From NCBI GenBank assembly GCA_965203905.1, contig CBDBDQ010000005.1, positions 160,001-224,000 on the forward strand: a stretch of DNA of 64,000 bases, written 5' to 3'. This document shows positions 55,652-64,000 of this stretch, one piece after another. This DNA is from Spirochaetia bacterium. GTDB lineage: Bacteria; Spirochaetota; Spirochaetia; SZUA-6; Bin103. The translations under genes and the position numbers were made by a program. The notes under the pieces are model-generated. The model searched no databases and had not been told where the DNA came from. It saw only the letters and a list, made by a program, of their open reading frames with translations. Numbering within the stretch: position 1 is the stretch's first letter; every line of letters begins with the position of its first letter.

Positions 55652-57454
55652 TTGGTGCAGCACAGACCGTGGCACGAGGCAGCTACCCGGCTGGTTGACG
55701 TGGCCGCCGGGCGCGCGCCGGCGCAACTCGTGATCCGCGGCGGCCGCTGGGTGAACGTACTCACGCGGGAGGTGGTGGAGGGGATCGACATCGCCGTCTG
55801 CTGCGGCCGCATCGCCTGCATCGTGGAGGACGCCGGGTACTGCACCGGGCCCGACACCCGCGTGATCGAGGCCGAGGGCCGCTTCCTGGTGCCGGGCCTC
55901 AGCGACGGCCACATGCACGTCGAGAGCAGCATGTGCACCATCACCGAGTACGTACGTGCCGTGCTGCCGCACGGCACCACGGCGATCTTCGCCGATCCGC
56001 ACGAGATCGCCAACGTGTTCGGCCTGGAGGGGGTGCGCATGATGGCCGCCGAGGCCGCCGCCATGCCGATCCACGTGTTCGTGCAGATGCCCTCCTGCGT
56101 GCCCTCGGCACCCGGCCTGGAGACTCCCGGCGCCCGCATCACGCCGCGGGAAGTGGAACAGGCGATGACCTGGCCCGGCGTCATCGGCCTGGGCGAGATG
56201 ATGAACTTCCCCGGCCTGGCCGGCAACGACCCGCGGATGCACGCCGAGGTAGCCGCCACGATGCGCGCCGGCAAGACGGTGGGCGGTCACTACGCGAGCC
56301 CCGACCTGGGCCCCGACTTTCACGCCTATCTGGCCGCCGGGCCGGCCGACGACCATGAGAACACGCGCGAGGTCGATGCCGTGGAGCGTGCGCGCCGCGG
56401 CCTGCGCCCGATGCTGCGGTTCGGTTCCGCCTGGTTCGACGTGGCCGCGCAGATCAGCGCCGTGACCGAGCGCGGCCTGGACCCGCGCCAGTTCATCCTC
56501 TGCACCGACGATGCGCATGCGGCGACCCTGGTGCAGGAGGGGCACATGGACCGCGTGCTGCGCCACGCGGTGGATCTCGGCTGCGACCCGCTGGTGGCGC
56601 TGCAGATGATGACCATCAACACCGCGCAGCACTTCGGCGTGGAGCGCGACCTGGGGTGCCTGGCGCCGGGGCGCTGCGCCGACCTGGTGTTGGCCGACGA
56701 CCTGGAGGAGTTCGCCGCCGCCACGGTGATCGTCGGCGGCGCGGTGGCCGCGGAGGCGGGCCGCCTGCTGCTCGACCTGCCCGCCTGGACCCACGAGCAG
56801 CGCTTCCGGCAGTCGGTGCGGATTCCGCGCCGTCTGGCCGCGGCAGACTTCACCGTGGCGGCCGGTCGGGCGCGGGGCACCGTGACCGCCAACGTGATAG
56901 GCGTGCTGGAGAACCAGGCGCCGACCCGCCACCTTACCGTCGAGCTGGAAGTGACCGCCGGCATCGTGCAGCCCGATCGCGTTGGCGACGTACTGCCGCT
57001 GGCCCTGGTGGAGCGCCACCATGGCAGCGGCAAGGTGGTGAACGGCTTCGTCCACGGCTTCGGATTTCAGGGTTCGTGCGCCGTCGCCTCGACGGTGGCC
57101 CACGACAGCCATCACCTGCTGGTCGCCGGCACCAGCACGGTCGACATGGCACTTGCCGCGAACACCCTGGCGGATACGGGCGGCGGGGTGGCGGTGGTAC
57201 GGGCGGGAGAGGTGATCGCGCTGATCGAGTTGCCGGTCGGCGGCCTGATGTCTGCCGAACGCGCCGAGGTGGTGGCCGCGAAGTCGGCCCGGGTGATGCA
57301 GGCGATGCGCGACTGCGGCTGCTCCCTCAACAACGGCTACATGCAGCTCAGCCTGCTCGCCCTGGTGGTGATCCCGGAACTGCGCATCTCCGATCTCGGC
57401 CTGGTCGACGTCTCCCGCTTCGCCCACATCCCCGTAGTCCAGTCGCACCCGTGA
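55652..57454 (+). CDS. ade: Adenine deaminase
   Basis: PGLSDGHMHVESSM, DPHEIANV, GLGEMMNFPG, DDHE, CTDD, ASTVAHDSH, LALVVIPELRISDLGL. Confidence 0.95.
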   Translation: MVQHRPWHEAATRLVDVAAGRAPAQLVIRGGRWVNVLTREVVEGIDIAVCCGRIACIVEDAGYCTGPDTRVIEAEGRFLVPGLSDGHMHVESSMCTITEYVRAVLPHGTTAIFADPHEIANVFGLEGVRMMAAEAAAMPIHVFVQMPSCVPSAPGLETPGARITPREVEQAMTWPGVIGLGEMMNFPGLAGNDPRMHAEVAATMRAGKTVGGHYASPDLGPDFHAYLAAGPADDHENTREVDAVERARRGLRPMLRFGSAWFDVAAQISAVTERGLDPRQFILCTDDAHAATLVQEGHMDRVLRHAVDLGCDPLVALQMMTINTAQHFGVERDLGCLAPGRCADLVLADDLEEFAAATVIVGGAVAAEAGRLLLDLPAWTHEQRFRQSVRIPRRLAAADFTVAAGRARGTVTANVIGVLENQAPTRHLTVELEVTAGIVQPDRVGDVLPLALVERHHGSGKVVNGFVHGFGFQGSCAVASTVAHDSHHLLVAGTSTVDMALAANTLADTGGGVAVVRAGEVIALIELPVGGLMSAERAEVVAAKSARVMQAMRDCGCSLNNGYMQLSLLALVVIPELRISDLGLVDVSRFAHIPVVQSHP

Positions 57455-58041
57455 CCGCCGCCGCGATCCTGACCATTGGGCACTCCAATCAAACGCTGGA
57501 ACGCTTCCTGGCGCTGTTGGCCCAGCACGATGTCACCGCCGTGGCGGACGTGCGCTCCGCGCCGTACAGCAGATTCTGTCCCCACTTCAACCGCCGTGCG
57601 CTCAGCTCCGCCCTTGAGGACCGCGGCATGCAGTACCTGTTCCTCGGGCGCGAGCTCGGCGGGCGCCCCGACGATTCCGCCTGCTACGACGACCGGGGCC
57701 GCGTCTGCTACGACCGCGTGCGCCGGACGGAGCGGTTCCGCGGCGGCTTACGGCGACTCCTCGCGACCGCAGCGTCGCGACGCATCGCCCTCATGTGCGC
57801 GGAGAAGGAGCCCCTGGACTGCCACCGGACGCTGCTGATCGCGCAGGCGCTCGACCGGCAGGACGTCGCCGTAGCCCACATTCTGGCCGGCGGCGAAGTC
57901 GAATCACACCCGCGGACCATGAACCGGCTGCTGGAGAAGTTCGATCTGGACCCCGACGCCGAACTGATCGCAACGCGCGAGGAGTTGATCGGCCACGCGG
58001 TTGCGCTGCAGGCGCGTCGGGTCGCCTTCAGTCGCACCTGA
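57451..58041 (+). CDS. DUF488 domain protein
   Basis: GTG 57451; ILTIGHSN, VADVRSAPYSR, ELGGRP, LMCAEKEPLDCHR. Confidence 0.88.
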   Translation: MTAAAILTIGHSNQTLERFLALLAQHDVTAVADVRSAPYSRFCPHFNRRALSSALEDRGMQYLFLGRELGGRPDDSACYDDRGRVCYDRVRRTERFRGGLRRLLATAASRRIALMCAEKEPLDCHRTLLIAQALDRQDVAVAHILAGGEVESHPRTMNRLLEKFDLDPDAELIATREELIGHAVALQARRVAFSRT

Positions 58042-58104
58042 AACGCCCCCGCCGGGCTGGACGCGGCACGGGGAGTACCACCAATATGGCGCCGGATCAG
58101 CGAG

Positions 58105-58957
58105 ATGGCATTTGTTCGACAGCGATACGGGAAGGCGAACGTGCGCGTGCTGCGGGTGCAGCGTGACGCGGGGCGCCACGACGTGCGCGAGGTGCGCATC
58201 AGGGTAACCCTCGACGGCGACTTCGCCCGCGCCTACACCGCGGCTGACAACGGCTCGGTGGTACCTACCGATACCATGAAGAACCTGGTCAACGTACTGG
58301 CGCTGGAGCACCTGGAGGCGGCCAACGAGCCGTTCGCGATGGCGATCGCGGAGTGCTTTCTTGACCGCTACGAGCAGGTGTCGGAAGTGCAGGTGGAGAT
58401 CGACGAGACCGTGTGGAACAGGATGTCGATCGCGGGCCGGCCGCACGAGCATAACTTCGTGCGGTCGGAGAGCGGCACGCCGTTCGCGTGCGTCACGGCC
58501 ACCCGGTCGGCGCGCGAGATCGTCGCTGGAATCCGCGACCTGGAGATCATGAAGACCACCGCGTCCGGCTTCGTCGACTACCTGCAGGACGAGTACACCA
58601 CGTTACCGCCGACCTCCGACCGCGTCCTCGCGACCCGGCTGTGCGCGACGTGGCGGTTCGCCGGCGCCGATCTCAGCGCGCCCAGCGCCTTCGGCGACGC
58701 CGCCAACGCCATCCGCTGCGCCTTGCTGCGGGTCTTTGCCACCAGCTACAGCCACTCGGTGCAGGACAGCCTGTACCGCATGGGCGAGGCCGCTTTGGCC
58801 GCCGCTCCCGCGATCGAAGAAATCACCCTGGCCATGCCCAACGTCCACTACCTGGCGATCGACCTCTCCCGCTTCGGGCGCGATGCGAAGGGGACGGTTG
58901 TTCCTGCCCACCGACGAGCCCAACGGCCAGATCGAAGCCACCCTGAGGAGGCAGTGA
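58105..58957 (+). CDS. pucL: Factor-independent urate oxidase (uricase) with a +1 frameshift near 58898
   Basis: [43 protein letters not shown]; the conserved end [15 protein letters not shown] lies in another frame ending at TGA 58957. Confidence 0.88.
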
Positions 58958-59304
58958 TGGGCCAGCTCACGACCCACGTCCTCGATACCGCGCAGGGCAA
59001 GCCGGGCGCCGGCATCCGGGTGGAGCTGTACTCCGCGGCGCCGGAACGCCGCCTGGTCGCGAGCGCGCGTACCAACGCCGACGGGCGCTGCGACGCACCG
59101 CTGTTGCAGGGCGACAGGTTCCGTACCGGGCGCTGGGAGCTGGTGTTCCACGTTGGGGAGTACTTCGCGGACTCCGGCCTGGCGCTACCGGAGCCGCCGT
59201 TCCTCGATCAGGTCACGGTGGCGTTCGGGATCGCCGCGGACGCCCACTACCACGTGCCCCTGCTGGTCTCGCCCTGGAGCTACACCACCTACCGCGGCAG
59301 TTGA
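58957..59304 (+). CDS. uraH: 5-hydroxyisourate hydrolase
   Basis: [37 protein letters not shown]; own RBS GAGGAGG at 58945-58951. Confidence 0.94.
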   Translation: MGQLTTHVLDTAQGKPGAGIRVELYSAAPERRLVASARTNADGRCDAPLLQGDRFRTGRWELVFHVGEYFADSGLALPEPPFLDQVTVAFGIAADAHYHVPLLVSPWSYTTYRGS

Positions 59305-59470
59305 CGCGCACCGAAGCCGCTGCGCGGACACGGCAGCCAAGGAGCCCTGCGTCCGCGCGTATTCTCGTTGGTGAATCCCTGGGACTTCGTCATGACCGAG
59401 CCGGTTCCCGCCCCGGAGGCGTGACTCGGGGCCGCTGACGGCGACTGTACCACCGGCGCGTTCTCGTACC

Positions 59471-61798
59471 TCACACCACGCGCTGACCCCAAGCACGATC
59501 TGGAAGGATAGGTACCGCACGCACCTGATGCAGGGGATGCAGGGCGAGGAGGAGGCGTTCGGGGGTCATGGGGGCGTCGAGGGTGAGGTCGGCGTCCGGG
59601 CGGAAGGCCTTCATGGCGTTGCGCAGGGCGAAGAAGACGCCGATGCCGTACATCAGCGGGGGCTCGCCGACCGCCTTGGCGCCGAGCGGGCCGTAGGGGT
59701 TGTCCTCCGGCTCCAGGAACTTCACCGCCATGTCGTCTGGCATGAAGTAGACGTCCGGGGCCTTGTAGGTGGACAGGGCATGGGAGAGGCAGCGGCCCTC
59801 CGCGTCCCACTGCAGATCCTCCATCGTCATCCAGCCCATGCCCTGGGCCAAGCCGCCCTCCACCTGGCCGCGGTCCACGGTCGGATTGATGGTACGGCCG
59901 AGGTCGTGGACGATCTTCACCTGGTCGACGGCGTAGGTGCCGCGCAGGCAGTCGACGGTGACCTCGAACACGGCCGTGCCGTAGACGTGGTAGGCGAACG
60001 GGTGGCCGTGCTCGCGCTCATCGTCGTAGTGGATGCCCGGGGTGGCGTAGTAGCCATGTGCGGACAGCCGTTTGCGCGCGCGGTAGGTGAGCCCCACGAG
60101 GTCGATCCAGCTCATGCCGGCGGGCTTGCCCGCGACGCACACCTGTTCATCGGCAACGGTTACCGTGCGCGGATCCGCCGCCGCCAGCTCCGCGGCCGCC
60201 ACTTCGCGCATGCCTTGGAGGATGGTGTCGACGGCGATGAGCGCCGCGTTGCCGTTCAGGTCGGTGGTGGCACTGGCGGCGCTCGGCGACATGTTGGCGA
60301 CCCGCGTGGTGTTGGTGCTTTCGACGCGCACCCGGCGTTGGTCGATGCCGAAGGTGCGCGCCACCACGGCCGCGACGTTGCTGCTGATGCCCTGGCCCAT
60401 CTCGATGCCGCCGGTGGTCACGCTCACGCTGCCGTCGGTGTAGACGTGGACCAGGGCGTTGCCCTGGTTGAGGTGGCTCTTGGTGAACGAGATCCCGAAG
60501 CAGACCGGCATCAGGGCGCACCCCTTCTTGAGCGCGAAGTTGCGCTGATTGAATCCCGCCACCCGCTGCCGGATCCGGTCCACCCCGAAGGTCGTCTGCA
60601 GCTCGTCCCAGGTCCGCTCGGCGCGGGACCGCTCCACCACCTGCCCGTAGTGGAACACGTTGCCGTCGCGCAGCAGGTTGGCGCGCTGGATCGCTGCGGC
60701 CTCGATCCGCATGGCGTCGGCGGCCTTGTTGATGGCGGCCTCGATCACGTACATGCCCTGGGGGCCGCCGAAGCCGCGAAAGGCGGTGTGGGGTTGCAGG
60801 TTGGTGCGGCACGGCGCCGCCGTCACCCGCACGTTGGGGACGAAGTAGGCGTTGGTGGCGTGAAACAGCGTGCGCGCCAGCACCGGCGGTGAGAGGTCCG
60901 CGAAGGCGCCGGAGTTCTGGTAGAAGGTGGCCTCGTAGGCGTGGATCTTGCAGTCCGCGGTCAGCCCGATCCTGAAGTCGGCGGAGTAGGGGTGGCGCTT
61001 GCCGGTCATCCCGATGTCGTCGAGCCGGTTCAGCACCAGCTCCACCGGCACCTGCAGGTGGGCGGCGGCCAGCGCGGCCAGGGCCGCCCAGTGGGTGGCC
61101 TGGTCTTCCTTGCCGCCGAAGCCGCCGCCGAGCCGCTTCACGTCGACCTCGACCTTGTGCATCGGCTTGCCGAGCACCGCCGCCACCACGTGCTGCACCG
61201 CGGCCGGCCCCTGGGTGGAAGAGAACACCTGCATGGCACCGTCCTCGCGGGGCACCGCACGCGCGCGCTGGGTCTCCAGGTAGACGTGCTCCTGGCCGCC
61301 GATCTCGCAGCGCCCCTCCACCACCACGTCGCAGTCGCTCCAGGCGCCGGCCACGTCACCGGCCGCCATGGTGCGCGGCGGATGGATCAGGTCGCCGGCG
61401 GCGAACGCTTCGCGCGGGTCGACCACCACCGGCAGCTCGTCGATCTCGACGTCGATCAGCTCGCGCGCCTGGCGCGCCTGGTGGGCGGTGTGCGCCACCA
61501 CCAGCGCGATCGGGTGGCCGACGAAGCTCACTTCGCGCTCCACCAGCAGCAGCTCGTCCTCGAAGATCGGGCCGAAGCGGTTGACGCCGGGGATGTCGGC
61601 GGCGGTGAGCACGGCCACGACCCCGGCAGCGGTACCGGCCGCATCGGTGGCCAGCCGGGTGATGATGCCGTGCGCCTTGGGCGAGCCGAACACCGCGGCA
61701 TGCAGCATCTCTGCCGGCGGCGGCACGTCGTCCACGTACTGCGACTCGCCGCGCACATGCAGGTGGGAGTCGATGTGCTTCGCGTCGTCCCGCTTCAC
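59471..61798 (-). CDS. xdhB: Xanthine dehydrogenase molybdopterin-binding subunit
   Basis: GTG 61798; GGQEHVYLETQ, RLGGGFGGKE, AFRGFGGPQG, GQVEGG, KAVGEPP. Confidence 0.94.
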   Translation of the reverse strand: MKRDDAKHIDSHLHVRGESQYVDDVPPPAEMLHAAVFGSPKAHGIITRLATDAAGTAAGVVAVLTAADIPGVNRFGPIFEDELLLVEREVSFVGHPIALVVAHTAHQARQARELIDVEIDELPVVVDPREAFAAGDLIHPPRTMAAGDVAGAWSDCDVVVEGRCEIGGQEHVYLETQRARAVPREDGAMQVFSSTQGPAAVQHVVAAVLGKPMHKVEVDVKRLGGGFGGKEDQATHWAALAALAAAHLQVPVELVLNRLDDIGMTGKRHPYSADFRIGLTADCKIHAYEATFYQNSGAFADLSPPVLARTLFHATNAYFVPNVRVTAAPCRTNLQPHTAFRGFGGPQGMYVIEAAINKAADAMRIEAAAIQRANLLRDGNVFHYGQVVERSRAERTWDELQTTFGVDRIRQRVAGFNQRNFALKKGCALMPVCFGISFTKSHLNQGNALVHVYTDGSVSVTTGGIEMGQGISSNVAAVVARTFGIDQRRVRVESTNTTRVANMSPSAASATTDLNGNAALIAVDTILQGMREVAAAELAAADPRTVTVADEQVCVAGKPAGMSWIDLVGLTYRARKRLSAHGYYATPGIHYDDEREHGHPFAYHVYGTAVFEVTVDCLRGTYAVDQVKIVHDLGRTINPTVDRGQVEGGLAQGMGWMTMEDLQWDAEGRCLSHALSTYKAPDVYFMPDDMAVKFLEPEDNPYGPLGAKAVGEPPLMYGIGVFFALRNAMKAFRPDADLTLDAPMTPERLLLALHPLHQVRAVPILPDRAWGQRVV

Positions 61799-63273
61799 GG
61801 GCGCTCTCCCGCGTAGAACGCTTCGGCGGTGAAGCGGTCGGGGAACAGCGTCACAAAGTGGGCAATCAGCAACTGCCGCGCCAGCAGGCGCTTGTACTCC
61901 GCCGACCCGCGCACGTCCGAGATCGGCGCGATCTCCCGCTGCGAGATGCGCACCGCCTCCCACGCCGTGTCCAGGTCGAGCACGCGGCCGCGCACCGCCT
62001 GAGAGGTCTCATGCAGGTAGAGCGGGATGGGGGCCACGCCGCCGAGGCTGAAGTGGGCTTCATCGATCGTATCTCCGGTACAGCGGATCGAGCAGGCGCT
62101 GTTGACCGAGGCGATGTCGAGGCAGGTGCGCTTGGAGACCTTCTCGAAGTTGACCCGCGCGCCGGTCGGATCGGCGAACGCCACCGCGGTGAGCAACTCG
62201 CCCGGCCGCAGGTCGATCTGCTTGTAGCCGCGGTAGAACTCTTTCAGAGAAACGGACCGCTGCGTGGCGCCCTGTTCCAGCACGACGCGGGCATCGAGCG
62301 CCAGCAGGAGAGCGGTGAAGTCGCCGATCGGTGAGGCGTTGACGATATTGCCGGCGAGCGTGGCGCGGTTCCGAATCTGCCAGGAGGCGATCAGGTGATT
62401 GAACGCCGCGATGCCGGGAATCGCCGCGATCACCGCCGGGTGGGTGCCGAGCTCCTCGAAGGTGGTGAGGGCACCCACCCGGAACTCGCCTGCGGTGCGG
62501 CGGACACCCTTCAGATCCGGGCGCCGTCCCAGCACGGCGACGTGGCGCTCCGGAATCGTCTCACCCTGTTGCACATACAGATCGGTGCCGCCTGCAATGA
62601 GCAGCTCCGGCGCTGGCGGTCGAGAGCCGTCGCCATCCCCCGACCCGGCAGCCGTCTCCGCCGCGGCGCTCGCGGCGCACAGGCCCCGCAACCGTTGGGG
62701 AATGCCGGTGAAGTACTCCGGCAGTGCCCCGGCGGCGGCCAGCGCCGGTACGCGGCTGCCGCTCCCGTTGGTCTGCAGCCGACTGCCGAGGTCGCGCTCC
62801 AGGGTGGCCGCGCAGTCCTTGAGCGAGCGGTACCCGGTGCAGCGGCACAGGTGCCCGCTCAGGGCGTACTTTACGTCGTCGAGGGAGAGTCCCTTGGCGT
62901 TGTCCAGCAGCAGGCCGTGCAGCGACACCACGATGCCGGGGGTGCAGAACCCGCACTGGGTGCCGCCGAACTCCACGATCGCCTCCTGCACCGGATTGAG
63001 GCCGGCCTGGTTGCAGCCCTCGATGGTGACCACGTGCTTGCCGTGCACCTCGGCCAACGGCACCAGGCAGGAGGTGACCGGTTGGTAGCGGACGGAATCC
63101 CCTTCCAGCTCGCCGATCAGGATCGCGCAGGCGCCGCAGTCCCCCTCCTTGCAGCCCTCCTTGGTGCCGGTCAGCCGCTCGCTGTTGCGCAGAAAGTCGA
63201 GCACCAGCAGGCCCGCGGGAGCGTCGGTCTTCACCTCCCCGTCGTTGAGGATGAAGCGGATGCTCGGCGGCAT
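61795..63273 (-). CDS. xdhA: Xanthine dehydrogenase 2Fe-2S/FAD subunit
   Basis: GTKEGCKEGDCGAC, QCGFCTPG, GHLCRCTGY, IAGGTD, ATLAGNIVNASPIGD. Confidence 0.94.
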   Translation of the reverse strand: MPPSIRFILNDGEVKTDAPAGLLVLDFLRNSERLTGTKEGCKEGDCGACAILIGELEGDSVRYQPVTSCLVPLAEVHGKHVVTIEGCNQAGLNPVQEAIVEFGGTQCGFCTPGIVVSLHGLLLDNAKGLSLDDVKYALSGHLCRCTGYRSLKDCAATLERDLGSRLQTNGSGSRVPALAAAGALPEYFTGIPQRLRGLCAASAAAETAAGSGDGDGSRPPAPELLIAGGTDLYVQQGETIPERHVAVLGRRPDLKGVRRTAGEFRVGALTTFEELGTHPAVIAAIPGIAAFNHLIASWQIRNRATLAGNIVNASPIGDFTALLLALDARVVLEQGATQRSVSLKEFYRGYKQIDLRPGELLTAVAFADPTGARVNFEKVSKRTCLDIASVNSACSIRCTGDTIDEAHFSLGGVAPIPLYLHETSQAVRGRVLDLDTAWEAVRISQREIAPISDVRGSAEYKRLLARQLLIAHFVTLFPDRFTAEAFYAGERP

Positions 63274-63277
63274 CGGG

Positions 63278-64000
63278 TTAGGCGCCGCGGTTACGTTGGC
63301 GCAGGATCTGCGCGGCGACGCTGACGGCGATCTCCTCGGGAGTGTCGCTGCCGATGTCGAGGCCCACCGGTGCGTGCACTCGATCCAGCGTCTCCTGCGC
63401 CATCCCCTCCTCCCGCAACTGGGTGAAGATCCGGCCGATCTTGCGCCTGCCGCCCATCAGGCCGACAAACGGGACCGGCTGGTCCGCCACCCCGAGCAAC
63501 GCCCGCACGTCGGTCTGAAAGTCCGCGGTCATCACCACCACGGCGGTCAGTTCGGGATAGCCGATCAGCGGACCCGCCGCCGCGTAGTCCGCCACCTGGG
63601 ATACGGTTCCGACCGCCGCGGCGCGGTCGTGGGTGACCACTTCCGTGCGGGTGTCGAAGATCTGCGTCCGGTACCCGAGCCGGGCCATAACCTCGGCCAG
63701 GGCCACCGCGCAATGACCGCCGCCGATCACCGCCAGCCGGCGCCGGTTGAGCAGGTCTTCCTCATAGCGCCAGCCCTCCCCTTCCCCGGAAAGTGCGAAG
63801 GGTGGGCGGGAGAAGTCCGGCTTCCGATCCAAGAGCCGCAGGCCGTTCGCGTCGATCGTCATCCAGGCGGGCCGATCCTCCCGCAACGCGGCGCCAATCG
63901 CACTCACGCTGGCCCGGTCACGGTCGCCGGCCAGCATGCAGAAGACGTTGGTCTGACTGCCCTCGCAGACCATGCCGGACCGCTCTCCCTCGGCCGTGTC
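63278..64000 (-). CDS. xdhC: XdhC family accessory protein (5' end beyond window)
   Basis: SGMVCEG, IGGGH, VGLMGGRRK, APVGLDIGSDTPEEIAVSVAAQIL. Confidence 0.9.
   Translation of the reverse strand, partial: DTAEGERSGMVCEGSQTNVFCMLAGDRDRASVSAIGAALREDRPAWMTIDANGLRLLDRKPDFSRPPFALSGEGEGWRYEEDLLNRRRLAVIGGGHCAVALAEVMARLGYRTQIFDTRTEVVTHDRAAAVGTVSQVADYAAAGPLIGYPELTAVVVMTADFQTDVRALLGVADQPVPFVGLMGGRRKIGRIFTQLREEGMAQETLDRVHAPVGLDIGSDTPEEIAVSVAAQILRQRNRGA

Noticed and set aside
59321-59360. Hairpin CGCGGAC...GTCCGCG between the convergent uraH and xdhB genes as a terminator
   Set aside because: Imperfect stem with a large loop and no T tract; not confidently functional
1-64000. Many long overlapping or antisense ORFs (e.g. 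181..1785, 9252..11093, 10889..12982, 12928..14853, 21660..24392, 46513..48090, 55511..57448)
   Set aside because: Shadow frames of high-GC genes; Arg/Pro/Ala-rich or antisense translations with no family motifs
1-64000. CRISPR array, tRNA, rRNA, IS/transposase, integrase, reverse transcriptase
   Set aside because: No repeat-spacer periodicity, cloverleaf, DDE, tyrosine recombinase or YxDD RT motifs found by eye

Overview
High-GC bacterial chromosomal window. Ankyrin, FN3 and PhyH genes hint at a host-associated (possibly sponge-symbiont-like) organism, but this is inference only. Core content: an aapJQMP-type amino-acid ABC operon, a flap endonuclease, xth, paired ABC exporters, a hydrolase/MFS/enolase-family unit, mog, rpmB, alaS, rhamnose isomerase and mutarotase, an aminopeptidase, a sigma54-preceded htpX, and a ~20-kb purine uptake and catabolism region (two ABC systems, uraD, guaD, ade, uricase, uraH, convergent xdhCAB). 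Four visibly lower-GC accessory patches interrupt this backbone. (1) 19.2-21.5 kb: DUF262 gene, truncated HEPN-like gene, damaged toxin-antitoxin pair bracketed by a 10-bp direct repeat, and a frameshifted FN3 gene. (2) 26.5-28.5 kb: an uncharacterised two-gene operon (LOTUS-like protein plus a basic His/Asp/Cys-motif protein) tail-to-tail with a ~300-nt multi-hairpin, ORF-poor segment that looks like a structured ncRNA; this is the best candidate for an undescribed system. (3) 33-40.6 kb: a Wzx/Wzy polysaccharide locus, followed by a plant-type glucuronokinase homologue coupled to a nucleotidyltransferase. (4) 49.3-51.0 kb: an ABC-type ATPase plus TOPRIM-like (DUF3226) pair sitting inside the nucleoside transporter operon. 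Three single-base frameshifts (toxin, FN3, uricase) may be real or assembly errors. No CRISPR, tRNA, rRNA, transposase or integrase was seen. All family assignments come from reading motifs by eye, not from database searches.
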